A DNA stretch of 64,000 nt from a virus (lineage: Duplodnaviria > Caudoviricetes). A model generated the notes under the pieces. That model did no database searches. It saw only the letters and a list, made by a program, of their open reading frames with translations, and was not told the DNA's origin. Both the position numbers and the translations under genes were made by a program. Of the stretch, positions 1-8,971 are shown piece by piece. The stretch is from IMG/VR virus record IMGVR_UViG_3300025909_000005. One strand, 5' to 3'. Positions within the stretch are counted from its first letter, which is position 1, and each line of letters starts with the position of its first letter.

Positions 1-145
1 ATGATGAAATCATTGAGCACGAAATCAACATCACGGTGCGGTTTCGTGGTACAATGTCAGAGTACGAGGCAGTTGCCGACTGCGTGTGCGACGCTGAGTC
101 CATGATCAGTGAATTCATCTCTCAACTCGGCTGCGAGGAACTCTG

Positions 146-457
146 ATGACTAAGCCTTTTACCCCACGTGATGCAGTCGCCGCTCATGCGGAAACCATTC
201 CAGACCTCGTGATCGATGTCGTCAACGGCCTTCTGGCGGAGGAAAGCCGTGGCACCAGCCGTCGCATCACCTTCACGTCGAAGGAAGTGTCGAAGCGTAT
301 CAAGGCCCTACTCCCAGACCATGTCAAGTTCGAGGACCGCTGGCTCGACTTCGAGGGCGTCTACCGACGTTACGGCTGGAAGGTGTCCTATGACGGACCC
401 GGTTACAACGAGTCGTACGATGGCTTCTACATCTTCGAGAAGAAAGACGAGGACTGA
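146..457 (+). CDS. hypothetical phage protein
   Basis: 103 aa ORF, phage-like codon usage, coupled to next ORF. Confidence 0.7.
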   Translation: MTKPFTPRDAVAAHAETIPDLVIDVVNGLLAEESRGTSRRITFTSKEVSKRIKALLPDHVKFEDRWLDFEGVYRRYGWKVSYDGPGYNESYDGFYIFEKKDED

Positions 458-699
458 TGGCCTACTCAACCCCTGGCGTCTCCATCTACTGCACCATCTA
501 CGCGACGATCAACGATCGCGTAGAGGAGTTCAAGAACAAGAAGGGCGAGATCGAGGCGCGCACCATCGAAGGTGAAAAGGTCTGCGAGATGCTGAACGTC
601 GGCCTGACGCCAGGCGCCTTCCACTCCCTCTACACCCAGTTCAAGCGGCAGCACCCGACAGCTGTCGTCCGCTTTGGCAAGGAATACAAGCCATCATGA
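457..699 (+). CDS. hypothetical protein
   Basis: 80 aa ORF, TGATG overlap with previous gene. Confidence 0.7.
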   Translation: MAYSTPGVSIYCTIYATINDRVEEFKNKKGEIEARTIEGEKVCEMLNVGLTPGAFHSLYTQFKRQHPTAVVRFGKEYKPS

Positions 700-1487
700 G
701 CACCACCCGACAGTACCGCTACGCCGATCGTCTGATGACGATCGAGGGACTCAACCTCTCGTACGGCAGCAAGACGATCCTTCGCGACATCAACCTCGTG
801 ATCGACGACATCATCCGCCCAGAGATCACGCAGGGCCAATGCGTCGCGCTGCTCGGCCCCTCGGGCATCGGCAAGACGCAACTCTTTCGCTGCATCGCAG
901 GCCTACAGCGCCCCACGTCTGGCATCGTCCGGATCAATGGTGACAAGGACCACGTGAAGGCTGGTGAGATCGGTGTGGTTCAACAGAGCTACCCATTGCT
1001 CGCTCACCGCACGATCCTCAGCAACCTTCTGCTCGTGAACAAGGACAAGTCGAAGGTGATAGAGCTCCTCACTCGCTTCGGCCTCGAGGAGCACGCGGAC
1101 AAGTACCCCATTCAGCTGTCAGGTGGTCAGCGTCAACGCGTCGCGATCATCCAGCAGATGGTCTGCTCACGCCACTTCCTGCTGATGGACGAGCCGTTCT
1201 CGGGCCTCGACATCATCGCGAAGGACAAGGTCTGCAGCCTCATCAACGAGGTCAACCACGTCGACGAGCTGAACACGACCATCTTCACGACCCACGACCT
1301 CGAGTCCAGTGTACAGATCGCTGACCACATCTGGGTCCTTGGTCGCGAGAAGGACAAGCCTGGTGCCACCGTCATCAAGACGATCGACCTCATCGAGCGA
1401 GACCTCGCCTGGTCACCGGACATCACGAAGCACCCCAACTTCCAACCAACGGTGAACGAGCTCAAGGAGCTCTTCAAGACGCTATGA
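696..1487 (+). CDS. ABC transporter ATP-binding protein (NitT/TauT-like)
   Basis: Walker A GPSGIGKT, signature LSGGQRQRV, Walker B LLMDEPF, H-loop THD. Confidence 0.92.
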   Translation: MSTTRQYRYADRLMTIEGLNLSYGSKTILRDINLVIDDIIRPEITQGQCVALLGPSGIGKTQLFRCIAGLQRPTSGIVRINGDKDHVKAGEIGVVQQSYPLLAHRTILSNLLLVNKDKSKVIELLTRFGLEEHADKYPIQLSGGQRQRVAIIQQMVCSRHFLLMDEPFSGLDIIAKDKVCSLINEVNHVDELNTTIFTTHDLESSVQIADHIWVLGREKDKPGATVIKTIDLIERDLAWSPDITKHPNFQPTVNELKELFKTL

Positions 1488-1825
1488 ACGGCGACACATA
1501 CCACTTCAAGGCGCTCAAGCGCCACCTTCGCGTCTCCTCTATCGACGGCATCACACCGCTCCGCTACAGTGAGGAAGGTGGGCCTATCGACGTCTTCGGC
1601 GATGGCGTAGTCGAGCACGTGCCTGAATCAGGGTTTGCAAGCTTCTCCTTCCTGAGCGGTGGGCGGTGGCAAGAAGTCTCGATCAGCTTCGACACAGAGA
1701 CCTATCACCGCCGCGGCATCAAGGCCGAGAGCGTGTGGCCCGCTCTCCGCGCCTTCAAGGCGGACTACGAAGAGCTGGTTCGGCAATTCCATGGGTGGTC
1801 GCGCCCTCGTCTGGCCATCGACTGA
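1484..1825 (+). CDS. hypothetical protein
   Basis: 113 aa ORF, ATGA overlap. Confidence 0.65.
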   Translation: MNGDTYHFKALKRHLRVSSIDGITPLRYSEEGGPIDVFGDGVVEHVPESGFASFSFLSGGRWQEVSISFDTETYHRRGIKAESVWPALRAFKADYEELVRQFHGWSRPRLAID

Positions 1826-1848
1826 TCAACCTGCGTTTGTGAGTGTCT

Positions 1849-1872
1849 AACCTGTCACAGGTTGCTTACAAT
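1849..1872 (+). promoter_or_regulatory. sigma70-like promoter with perfect palindrome AACCTGT-C-ACAGGTT upstream of -10 TACAAT
   Basis: palindrome 1849-1863, TACAAT 1867-1872, intergenic. Confidence 0.55.
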
Positions 1873-1898
1873 AGCTCATCAACAACCAAAAGGACATC

Positions 1899-3002
1899 AT
1901 GCCGAAGCTCAAGGTTCTCCCGAAGGCGCTCATCGTCGCTGCAGTCGTCGGTGGTGGCGCGTTCGCTGCCTACAAGTTCATGCCGAAGAAGACCGAAGTG
2001 GCACAAGCCACTGAGACGGTCACGACCCCCGCTCCAGCTCCCGTCACCGTCGCGCAAGCACCGGTTCCCGCTCCCATCGCCCAGCCGCCTGCCGTCCAGA
2101 ACGACGCACCTGCTGCAACCGAGGCAGCCACCATTCCCGGCCCGGGCGGCAAGCTCCCTGGTGCAGGCATCGCGTCCGGCCAGAAGACCGGCACGAACTG
2201 GCCGATGGCCGAGAACATCGTCAAGGTCTGCTCGACGAGCGCCTACCCGCTGCGCAACGTCATCAGCGACGGCTCGATCGACAATCTCAACAAGATCTAC
2301 ACGGACCCGAACACGCAGTTCGGCATCGCGCAAGAAGATGCGATGGCCTACCAGAAGCAGATCGACCCGAAGATGATGTCGCGCGTTGTCGCCGTCTTCC
2401 CGTTCTTCTCGGTCGAAGTGCACGCGATCGCCGCCAACGGCTCACCGATCCACAACCTGGCCGACCTCGAAGGCAAGCGCGTCATCGAGGGCCCTGAAGG
2501 TTCCGGTACCTGGGTGACCACGCAGATCATCAAGCAGGTCACGGGCATCCACTGGCAGACCGTCGAGGGCAACCTCTCCCAGAAGGACGGCCTCAAGGCC
2601 GTCGAGACCGGCGCCGCAGACGTTGAGTTCATCGTCGCTGGCCAGCCGATCCAAGTCCTCACCGGCGCGAGCGGCATCCAGCTCGTCAACATCAAGGATC
2701 CGCGTCTCGACAAGTACGGCTACTACACGAAGACGATGCTCCCGACGGGCACGTACCCATGGCAGAGCCAGCCCGTCTCGACCTACAAGGTCAACAACGT
2801 GCTCGCGACGTTCGCGTACAAGTCGCAGTACCAGAAGGAAATCGGCGACCTTGTCGGCTGCATCACGAAGAACATGGACCAGCTGCAGGCAACCGGTCAC
2901 CCGAAGTGGCGCGACGTCGACCCGCTGGACATCGATCGCGTGAAGTGGCCGGTTCACCCCGCCGCCGTGGCCGCCATCAAGCGTGAAGCGAAGCACAAGT
3001 GA
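1899..3002 (+). CDS. TAXI-family (type 2 periplasmic) solute-binding protein with N-terminal membrane anchor and Pro/Ala linker
   Basis: N-terminal hydrophobic helix, PAP-rich linker, motifs LADLEGKRV..GPEGSGT, ADVEFIVAGQP. Confidence 0.75.
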   Translation: MPKLKVLPKALIVAAVVGGGAFAAYKFMPKKTEVAQATETVTTPAPAPVTVAQAPVPAPIAQPPAVQNDAPAATEAATIPGPGGKLPGAGIASGQKTGTNWPMAENIVKVCSTSAYPLRNVISDGSIDNLNKIYTDPNTQFGIAQEDAMAYQKQIDPKMMSRVVAVFPFFSVEVHAIAANGSPIHNLADLEGKRVIEGPEGSGTWVTTQIIKQVTGIHWQTVEGNLSQKDGLKAVETGAADVEFIVAGQPIQVLTGASGIQLVNIKDPRLDKYGYYTKTMLPTGTYPWQSQPVSTYKVNNVLATFAYKSQYQKEIGDLVGCITKNMDQLQATGHPKWRDVDPLDIDRVKWPVHPAAVAAIKREAKHK

Positions 3003-3196
3003 GCGAGTTCCGCGCGATCTTCGAAGGTAGAGGGCAGGGCTTGCACAACACAAGCCTGACCCTCGAGCTGGATGGCGAGGACATCTACTACTTTCGGGCC
3101 GACGACATCGGCTACAACGGACTCGACTCGATCGCGATCATGTACCACAACATCGCCGTCAAGCTCGGCCACACCTACGTGGAGCAGGATCGATGA
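2999..3196 (+). CDS. hypothetical protein
   Basis: 65 aa, GTGA overlap. Confidence 0.6.
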   Translation: MSEFRAIFEGRGQGLHNTSLTLELDGEDIYYFRADDIGYNGLDSIAIMYHNIAVKLGHTYVEQDR

Positions 3197-3414
3197 GCGC
3201 CAAGTCTGAGGCTGCAGGAGTCGCCAGCAAGTTCATGGATCGCGCCATCAAGAAGCGTGAGAAGGAATGGAAAGAGGGTGATGCCTCCAACCCACCTCCA
3301 CTGGGCTTGCTCATGACTGACGTCGCTGAGCTGATGGCGAGGGAGATCGTTCGGCTGCAGCGGAAGATTCACAAGCTGGAGAATCCTCCAGTGCCTGAAA
3401 GACCGTGGAAATGA
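3193..3414 (+). CDS. hypothetical protein
   Basis: 73 aa, ATGA overlap. Confidence 0.6.
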   Translation: MSAKSEAAGVASKFMDRAIKKREKEWKEGDASNPPPLGLLMTDVAELMAREIVRLQRKIHKLENPPVPERPWK

Positions 3415-3923
3415 AGTGGCCCCTCTTCTTTGCCTACATGGTTGCGTCGTACGTGGTTGGAACGTGGATCGGTGACACCTCTGACTCCATCTGGCTCTAC
3501 GCGCTCATCACCGCACCAGGCACGTTCTTCCACGAGTCCATGCACTGGCTTACGGCAGCAGCGTTGCATGGCAATCCTGGAAGCATGCACCTGATTCCAT
3601 CGGGTGACGCACTCGGGTACGTGGCTGTGGAGCCCAACTGGTACAACGCAGCCACGATCGGTGCAGCTCCACTCGTGCTCGCTCCCTTCGCCGGGCTCTT
3701 CCTTGGCCTTGCAACGAGTGCTGGCTTCTCGTGGAAGGCGCCGCTCTACCTGTACCTCGCCTGCTGCTCATGGGCAGCCTGCATTCCATCAGGCGCCGAC
3801 TGGGAAATCGCCCGCTCTTCGGCAATTTCATGGCCAATTGCCCTCGTCATTCTTGGTTCACTCACCGCGCTTATCATCTGGCTGCTGATGCGCTGCGTGG
3901 GAACTCAGGATACAAAGCACTGA
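3411..3923 (+). CDS. membrane metalloprotease, peptidase M50-like
   Basis: multiple TM segments, HExxH (HESMH) in a TM helix, later AAPL and GAD motifs. Confidence 0.65.
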   Translation: MKWPLFFAYMVASYVVGTWIGDTSDSIWLYALITAPGTFFHESMHWLTAAALHGNPGSMHLIPSGDALGYVAVEPNWYNAATIGAAPLVLAPFAGLFLGLATSAGFSWKAPLYLYLACCSWAACIPSGADWEIARSSAISWPIALVILGSLTALIIWLLMRCVGTQDTKH

Positions 3924-3993
3924 ATCACCCTTTTGTGTTATAATGAACTAAGCGGTCGAACCGCGTCACCTACTTTCGTTTGGAGATTTTGAA

Positions 3994-4584
3994 ATGGCAA
4001 AACAACTTTACGTGTCGTCCGCGGTGCAGGTCGCACTACTCAAGGAAGTCCTCATTCCCGAGATGGCAACGGGCTTCTGGAAGGATCACCGCCCCGCCGA
4101 CCACGCAGCGCAGTGGGCTGACGTCGAGATCCTGGTCTCCGATACCGACACCCTCGGCCCAGTCGACTTCAAGATCCCCCGCCTCTACAACTTCGTCAAC
4201 CCCGACTTCATCAAGCCGAACGAGGCCAAGCTCGTGGCAGCAGCCCAGTCCGCCAAGGCGTCGAGCAACTTCCGCTCCGTCAAGAAGGAACTCATCGAGC
4301 TCTCGCGCATCGTCGGCGGCCGTCTCACCGACAAGAACGCCAACCCGACCAAGGCCAATCGCGGCAACAACAAGGTCGGCACCATCCAGGAGAAGTCGAA
4401 GGACATCGTCAAGGAAGCCGGCAAGACCGTGAAGAAGGTCAAGAAGGACACCGAAGGCGACGTCACCGTCACGAAGACGGCCAACGGCGGCACCGTGATC
4501 CGCCGCGCGGTCACCCGTGCTGTCGAGACCACGGCCTTCTCCAGCCCGTTCGCAATGGGCCAGGCAATCGCCGACGGCCAATAA
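3994..4584 (+). CDS. hypothetical protein with Lys-rich C-terminus
   Basis: RBS GGAG, upstream TGTTATAAT promoter at 3936-3944. Confidence 0.75.
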   Translation: MAKQLYVSSAVQVALLKEVLIPEMATGFWKDHRPADHAAQWADVEILVSDTDTLGPVDFKIPRLYNFVNPDFIKPNEAKLVAAAQSAKASSNFRSVKKELIELSRIVGGRLTDKNANPTKANRGNNKVGTIQEKSKDIVKEAGKTVKKVKKDTEGDVTVTKTANGGTVIRRAVTRAVETTAFSSPFAMGQAIADGQ

Positions 4585-4594
4585 GGAGACCAAC

Positions 4595-4873
4595 ATGGGA
4601 TGCTACATCAACCCGACCAACGGCCAAACCAAGGAGCAGTGGCTCGCTGAGCACAGCGACGGCCCCTCCACGACCGGCAAGGCTGGCATCATCGTCAACG
4701 ACTATTACCCCGTCTGCCTCGTCGACAACGGCGCGTTCACCGCTGCCGCTGTCTGCTACAACGGCAGCGAGCTCGAGACGTTCAAGCGCGACGACGGCCG
4801 CCGCAAGGCCTGGTTCCAGGTCCACAAGGACGACCTCTACACGGTCTCCGATCTGGCCAGGTACGAGCGCTGA
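4595..4873 (+). CDS. hypothetical phage protein
   Basis: RBS TAAGGAG, MGCYINP start. Confidence 0.75.
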   Translation: MGCYINPTNGQTKEQWLAEHSDGPSTTGKAGIIVNDYYPVCLVDNGAFTAAAVCYNGSELETFKRDDGRRKAWFQVHKDDLYTVSDLARYER

Positions 4874-4874
4874 C

Positions 4875-5078
4875 ATGATCACCATCACGTGGCATGACGT
4901 CGCCATCGCAATCTTCATCATCGGCCTCCTTGGCCTGATCGGTGGAACGTGGTGGATGGGTCGCCCCGATGACGACGTCGGTTCTGGCACGTCAGGTGCG
5001 CTGGGCGGCACCATCCTTCTCTGGATCATCTTCGTCCCTGTGACGATTGCTGGTCTCATTTCCATGTTCGTGTTCTGA
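4875..5078 (+). CDS. small membrane protein
   Basis: two hydrophobic helices. Confidence 0.65.
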   Translation: MITITWHDVAIAIFIIGLLGLIGGTWWMGRPDDDVGSGTSGALGGTILLWIIFVPVTIAGLISMFVF

Positions 5079-5085
5079 GGAAACA

Positions 5086-5358
5086 ATGAGCTCTGGTCAA
5101 AAACAATGCGCTGAAGACGAGGACGACTGGGACGCCCTCAAGAAGAGAGCGGGCGTCGAGGATACGAACTGGCAGGTCTACAGCAACGAGGCGACTGCCG
5201 CCCGCCGCATCTTTCAAGCAGAAGGCTCCACAGGGATCATGCTGAAGCTGAAGGTCAAGCACGAGATCGAACGTGCAAACCTTCACCGCAAGCAGATGGA
5301 TGAACTGCGCAAGCTCGCCGACGCCCAGGAAACCCTCCGCGAGATGAGCAAACTCTAA
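5086..5358 (+). CDS. hypothetical protein
   Basis: RBS GAGGA, ATG 5086. Confidence 0.65.
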   Translation: MSSGQKQCAEDEDDWDALKKRAGVEDTNWQVYSNEATAARRIFQAEGSTGIMLKLKVKHEIERANLHRKQMDELRKLADAQETLREMSKL

Positions 5359-5459
5359 CCTGCGTAAGTTCGGACTTTTTCGCAAGAGTTCGACTTACAA
5401 TGTAAATACAGTCAGAGAGAAAGACTCTCTACGTCAACCGCCTATCGAGGAGCTCGAAC

Positions 5460-6584
5460 ATGGCATCGAAAGTTCTGACCGTCTACATCGGTCGTTTCCA
5501 ACCACTTCACAACGGACATGTCCACGTTCTGACGAATGCGCTTCGCACGTCGGACCACACGCTGGTGCTCGTCGGCAGCTCGTTCCGTTCCCGCACGATC
5601 AAGAACCCCTTCACGTTCGACGAACGTAAGGAAGTGCTCATGGCCTGGCACGACGACTCGGAGCTCGACAAGAAGAGCCTGACCGTTCTGCCACTGCGTG
5701 ACCAGCCCTACTCAAACTCCAAGTGGATCGAGTCGGTGCAGAAGACGGTCCACAACTTCATGATCGAGAAGCATCTCGACCCCCGCACCACTGAAGTTCG
5801 CCTCACCGGTTCCGACCGTGACGAGTCGACCTGGTACCTGCAGGCCTTCCCGCAGTGGAAGCTGGCGCTCTGCGCTCCAGTTCCTGCCGGCCGCGACCTC
5901 TCAGCCACCAACCTCCGTCATGAGCTGTTCGGCGCCATGCTTGGCACGGCCATCAAGGACGACACCCCTCGCATCACGCAGTTCTTCATCGAGAAGTTCC
6001 GATTCGGCGAGGAGTTCGCGCTCCTCAAGGCCGAGTACGACTTCATCGAGAAGTACAAGAAGGCCTGGAAGGCAGCACCCTACGCACCCTACTTCCTGAC
6101 CGTCGACGGCGTCGTGATCCAATCCGGCCACGTGCTGGTCGTCCGCCGCGGCGCCCTCCCTGGCAAGGGCCTGCTCGCTCTGCCTGGTGGCTTCCTCGAT
6201 CAGAACGAGCGCCTCGCCGACGGCGTGGTTCGTGAACTCATCGAGGAAACGGGTCTGCGTCTGGCTGACGGCAAGAACGCCGAACGCATCACGAAGTCGA
6301 TGCTGCAGGGCGCCATCAAGGCGAAGGAAATCTTCGACGATCCGAATCGCTCGCTGCGTGGTCGCACCGTGACGACTGCCTACCTCATCCGCCTCGATGA
6401 CACCAAGCCGCTTCCGAAGGTGAAGGGCCAGTACGCACCGCTCCACGAGACCGGCGGCAAGCTCGTCGTCGAAACGGCTGACGCGTTCTGGATGCCGATC
6501 GCCGACGCGCTGCGCGACAGCTCGGTGTGGTTCGAGGACCACTACTACATTCTCGAGACGATGCTCGGCTTTGCGAAGGACTGA
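5460..6584 (+). CDS. nadM: bifunctional NMN adenylyltransferase / Nudix hydrolase (NadM-Nudix, NatV-like)
   Basis: GRFQPLHNGH (HxGH) motif; Nudix box PGGFLDQNERLADGVVRELIEETG. Confidence 0.93.
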   Translation: MASKVLTVYIGRFQPLHNGHVHVLTNALRTSDHTLVLVGSSFRSRTIKNPFTFDERKEVLMAWHDDSELDKKSLTVLPLRDQPYSNSKWIESVQKTVHNFMIEKHLDPRTTEVRLTGSDRDESTWYLQAFPQWKLALCAPVPAGRDLSATNLRHELFGAMLGTAIKDDTPRITQFFIEKFRFGEEFALLKAEYDFIEKYKKAWKAAPYAPYFLTVDGVVIQSGHVLVVRRGALPGKGLLALPGGFLDQNERLADGVVRELIEETGLRLADGKNAERITKSMLQGAIKAKEIFDDPNRSLRGRTVTTAYLIRLDDTKPLPKVKGQYAPLHETGGKLVVETADAFWMPIADALRDSSVWFEDHYYILETMLGFAKD

Positions 6585-6737
6585 ATGGCAAGATCAAAAT
6601 GCTGCGCCAAGTGCTTCGGCGTTCTCGAGTATGAAGGCACACCAGTTACAGGCGCTTTTGGCTGTAACTGTTCAAACACCCCATTGTCAGTTTGGCCTGA
6701 CGGCAATGGCACCCAAACACAAGGCCACAAGGAGAAA

Positions 6738-7508
6738 ATGATGACCGGATTCCAATTCCCAGGCAGCGACAAGCTGATGAACCGCCTCTTCCGCCGCGCC
6801 GATGGCGTCGTGTGGGACCTCATGACCGGCCGCGTCGGCGTCCAGTCGAAGGAAGGCATCTCGACCCTGACCGGCGAAGGTGATGACGCTGAAGTCAGCA
6901 TCAACATGTTCGACCAGTTCGGCATGGAAGTTCCCGCCTTCGCGCAGTCCACGCCCGTCGAGGCCGTCAACATCGGCGACCTGATCTTCTTCGGCTCGAC
7001 CGAGAAGCCGGGCTGGGTCGTCGACAAGAAGTACGGCGTCAAGCCGACGGGCTCCACGACTGCCACGAAGCGCAAGACGGCCGCATCTGCTGCCGTCGCA
7101 ACGACCGAGGAAGACAAGAAGAACGTGCAGTTCACCCTCATGAAGGTCGACGGCCAGCGCACCACGTGGAAGCCACCGAAGGTTCAACTGCTCGGCATGG
7201 GCGGTGATGGCGTCATGGTCATTCGCTCGCTGCTGACGATGCTGCCTGGCGGACAGAACGCCCTCGGCGGCATGCAGAACAACCTCGTCATGATGATGCA
7301 GATGTCTGCGATGTCCGGTGACGGTGGTGGCATCGACATGGAATCCCTGATGCCGATCATGCTCATGAGCGCGATGGGCAACGGCGATGGTGGTGCAGGC
7401 GGCAACAACATGATGCAGACCATGATGCTGATGTCCATGATGAAGGGCGGCAACGGCCTCTTCGGCAGCAAGAAGACGGGCTCAAGCAACAGCCCTTTCA
7501 ATCGCTGA
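6738..7508 (+). CDS. hypothetical protein with Met/Gly-rich low-complexity C-terminus
   Basis: RBS AAGGAG; tail MMMMQMSAMSGDGGG...MMLMSMMKGG. Confidence 0.8.
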   Translation: MMTGFQFPGSDKLMNRLFRRADGVVWDLMTGRVGVQSKEGISTLTGEGDDAEVSINMFDQFGMEVPAFAQSTPVEAVNIGDLIFFGSTEKPGWVVDKKYGVKPTGSTTATKRKTAASAAVATTEEDKKNVQFTLMKVDGQRTTWKPPKVQLLGMGGDGVMVIRSLLTMLPGGQNALGGMQNNLVMMMQMSAMSGDGGGIDMESLMPIMLMSAMGNGDGGAGGNNMMQTMMLMSMMKGGNGLFGSKKTGSSNSPFNR

Positions 7509-7603
7509 CCGACGACAGCGACGTAGAGGCGAAGTTCCACTCGGGGCTTCGTTCTCTGACGTACCCTGAGCTTCAGGTTCTCAGTGACGTCACAATCGTC
7601 GGA

Positions 7604-8008
7604 ATGCGGTTCTACAAGGGCGCGCACGACTACCTTCACACGGTAGGACGCGAGGTCCGCGATACCGAAGAGCAGTGCCTGTACCTGGTGCCGGAGGCCT
7701 CAAATGAGTTCGACAGCAACGCGGTGATGCTGCACAACGGAAAGATCAAGCTCGGGTCTGTCGCAGCAGAAAGTGCTGCCAAGGTTCGTCGGATCATGGC
7801 CGATTGGAAAGCAGAATCGGCGAAGAAGGCAGCTGCGGCGGGCGCAAAGCATCCCGAGTGGGCAGATGATGTCATAGTTGTACGGATGGCACCAATTTCA
7901 AGTACAAAGCAAGACTTTGCCCACGTGGCAAGCTTGAAGGTCTACGGGAAGTATCGTATCAACGAGCGTCTCGCTAGGAAGTTTTCAGACAAACATCGGA
8001 AGGAATGA
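7604..8008 (+). CDS. HIRAN-domain protein (true start uncertain; frame is open far upstream)
   Basis: (IVG)MRFY..LYLVPEASNEFDSNAVMLHNGKIKLGSV resembles the HIRAN core. Confidence 0.6.
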   Translation: MRFYKGAHDYLHTVGREVRDTEEQCLYLVPEASNEFDSNAVMLHNGKIKLGSVAAESAAKVRRIMADWKAESAKKAAAAGAKHPEWADDVIVVRMAPISSTKQDFAHVASLKVYGKYRINERLARKFSDKHRKE

Positions 8009-8916
8009 TCATGGGTGGTTCACGTTGGTCAAATGACGACTATGTGTCGTACGCACGCACTACAAACTACGTCAACAAGTCGCGCGACGAAGTCTTCTCT
8101 CACAAGGTTGGTGAGAAGCTGGATCCGCGCAACGTCAAGGTCGGCAAGGGCGACCGCAAGGGCCTGCAGCTTCGCGAGTCCATCATCTCCGAGCAGAACC
8201 CGGACCCGACGCCGATCATCTTCGGTCTCGACGTCACGGGCTCCATGGGTGCGGTCGCCGAGCAGATCGCGAAGACCGAGCTGCCGAAGCTGATGACGCA
8301 GGTGCACGAGACAGGTGTCGTCTCCGACCCGCACGTCATGTTCATGGGCATCGACGACGTCTTCGCTCAAGGCCACGGCGCCCTGCAGGTCTCGTACTTC
8401 GAGCCTGACCTGAAGATCGTCGAGCAGCTGCGCCAGATGTGGCTCGTCGGCAACGGCGGCGGCAACGGCTCAGAGTCGTACGACCTCGCCTGGTACTTCG
8501 CTGGCCACTACACGTACCTCGAGAACTTCGAGAAGACGGGCAAGCCTGGCTTCTTGTTCACGTTCGGCGACGAACCGGCTCCGTACCAGACGGTGTCCAA
8601 GTCCGACCTCCAGACCATCTTCGGTCCGGGCGAGTACGAGAACACCCCGCCGGAATCGAGCCTGCGCTCCGCTCAGGCGAAGTTCCAGGTCTTCCACATC
8701 ATCGTGGAACGCGGTCGCGCCGACCGTGCAACGCGTGACAGCTGGACGAAGATGCTCGGCAACAATGCCATTTTCCTGCGTGACCCGCAGTACCTGACGG
8801 AAGTCGTCATCGCGACCATGGCAATCGCCGGTGGCCGTGACATCAACGAGGTCATCTCCGAGTCGCGTGTTCCCGAGGAACTGCGCTACGCCTTCAGCAA
8901 TTCGCTGAAGGGCTGA
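8005..8916 (+). CDS. vWA-domain protein
   Basis: MIDAS-like FGLDVTGSMG, later FTFGDE. Confidence 0.8.
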   Translation: MIMGGSRWSNDDYVSYARTTNYVNKSRDEVFSHKVGEKLDPRNVKVGKGDRKGLQLRESIISEQNPDPTPIIFGLDVTGSMGAVAEQIAKTELPKLMTQVHETGVVSDPHVMFMGIDDVFAQGHGALQVSYFEPDLKIVEQLRQMWLVGNGGGNGSESYDLAWYFAGHYTYLENFEKTGKPGFLFTFGDEPAPYQTVSKSDLQTIFGPGEYENTPPESSLRSAQAKFQVFHIIVERGRADRATRDSWTKMLGNNAIFLRDPQYLTEVVIATMAIAGGRDINEVISESRVPEELRYAFSNSLKG

Positions 8917-8921
8917 TGTAC

Positions 8922-8959
8922 GTGGGTCCTACTCTGTGATACAATGGAGTAGGACCCAC
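8922..8959 (+). promoter_or_regulatory. extended -10 promoter (TGTGATACAAT) in the loop of a perfect 13-bp inverted repeat
   Basis: GTGGGTCCTACTC / GAGTAGGACCCAC. Confidence 0.65.
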
Positions 8960-8971
8960 AATGGAGCAAGC

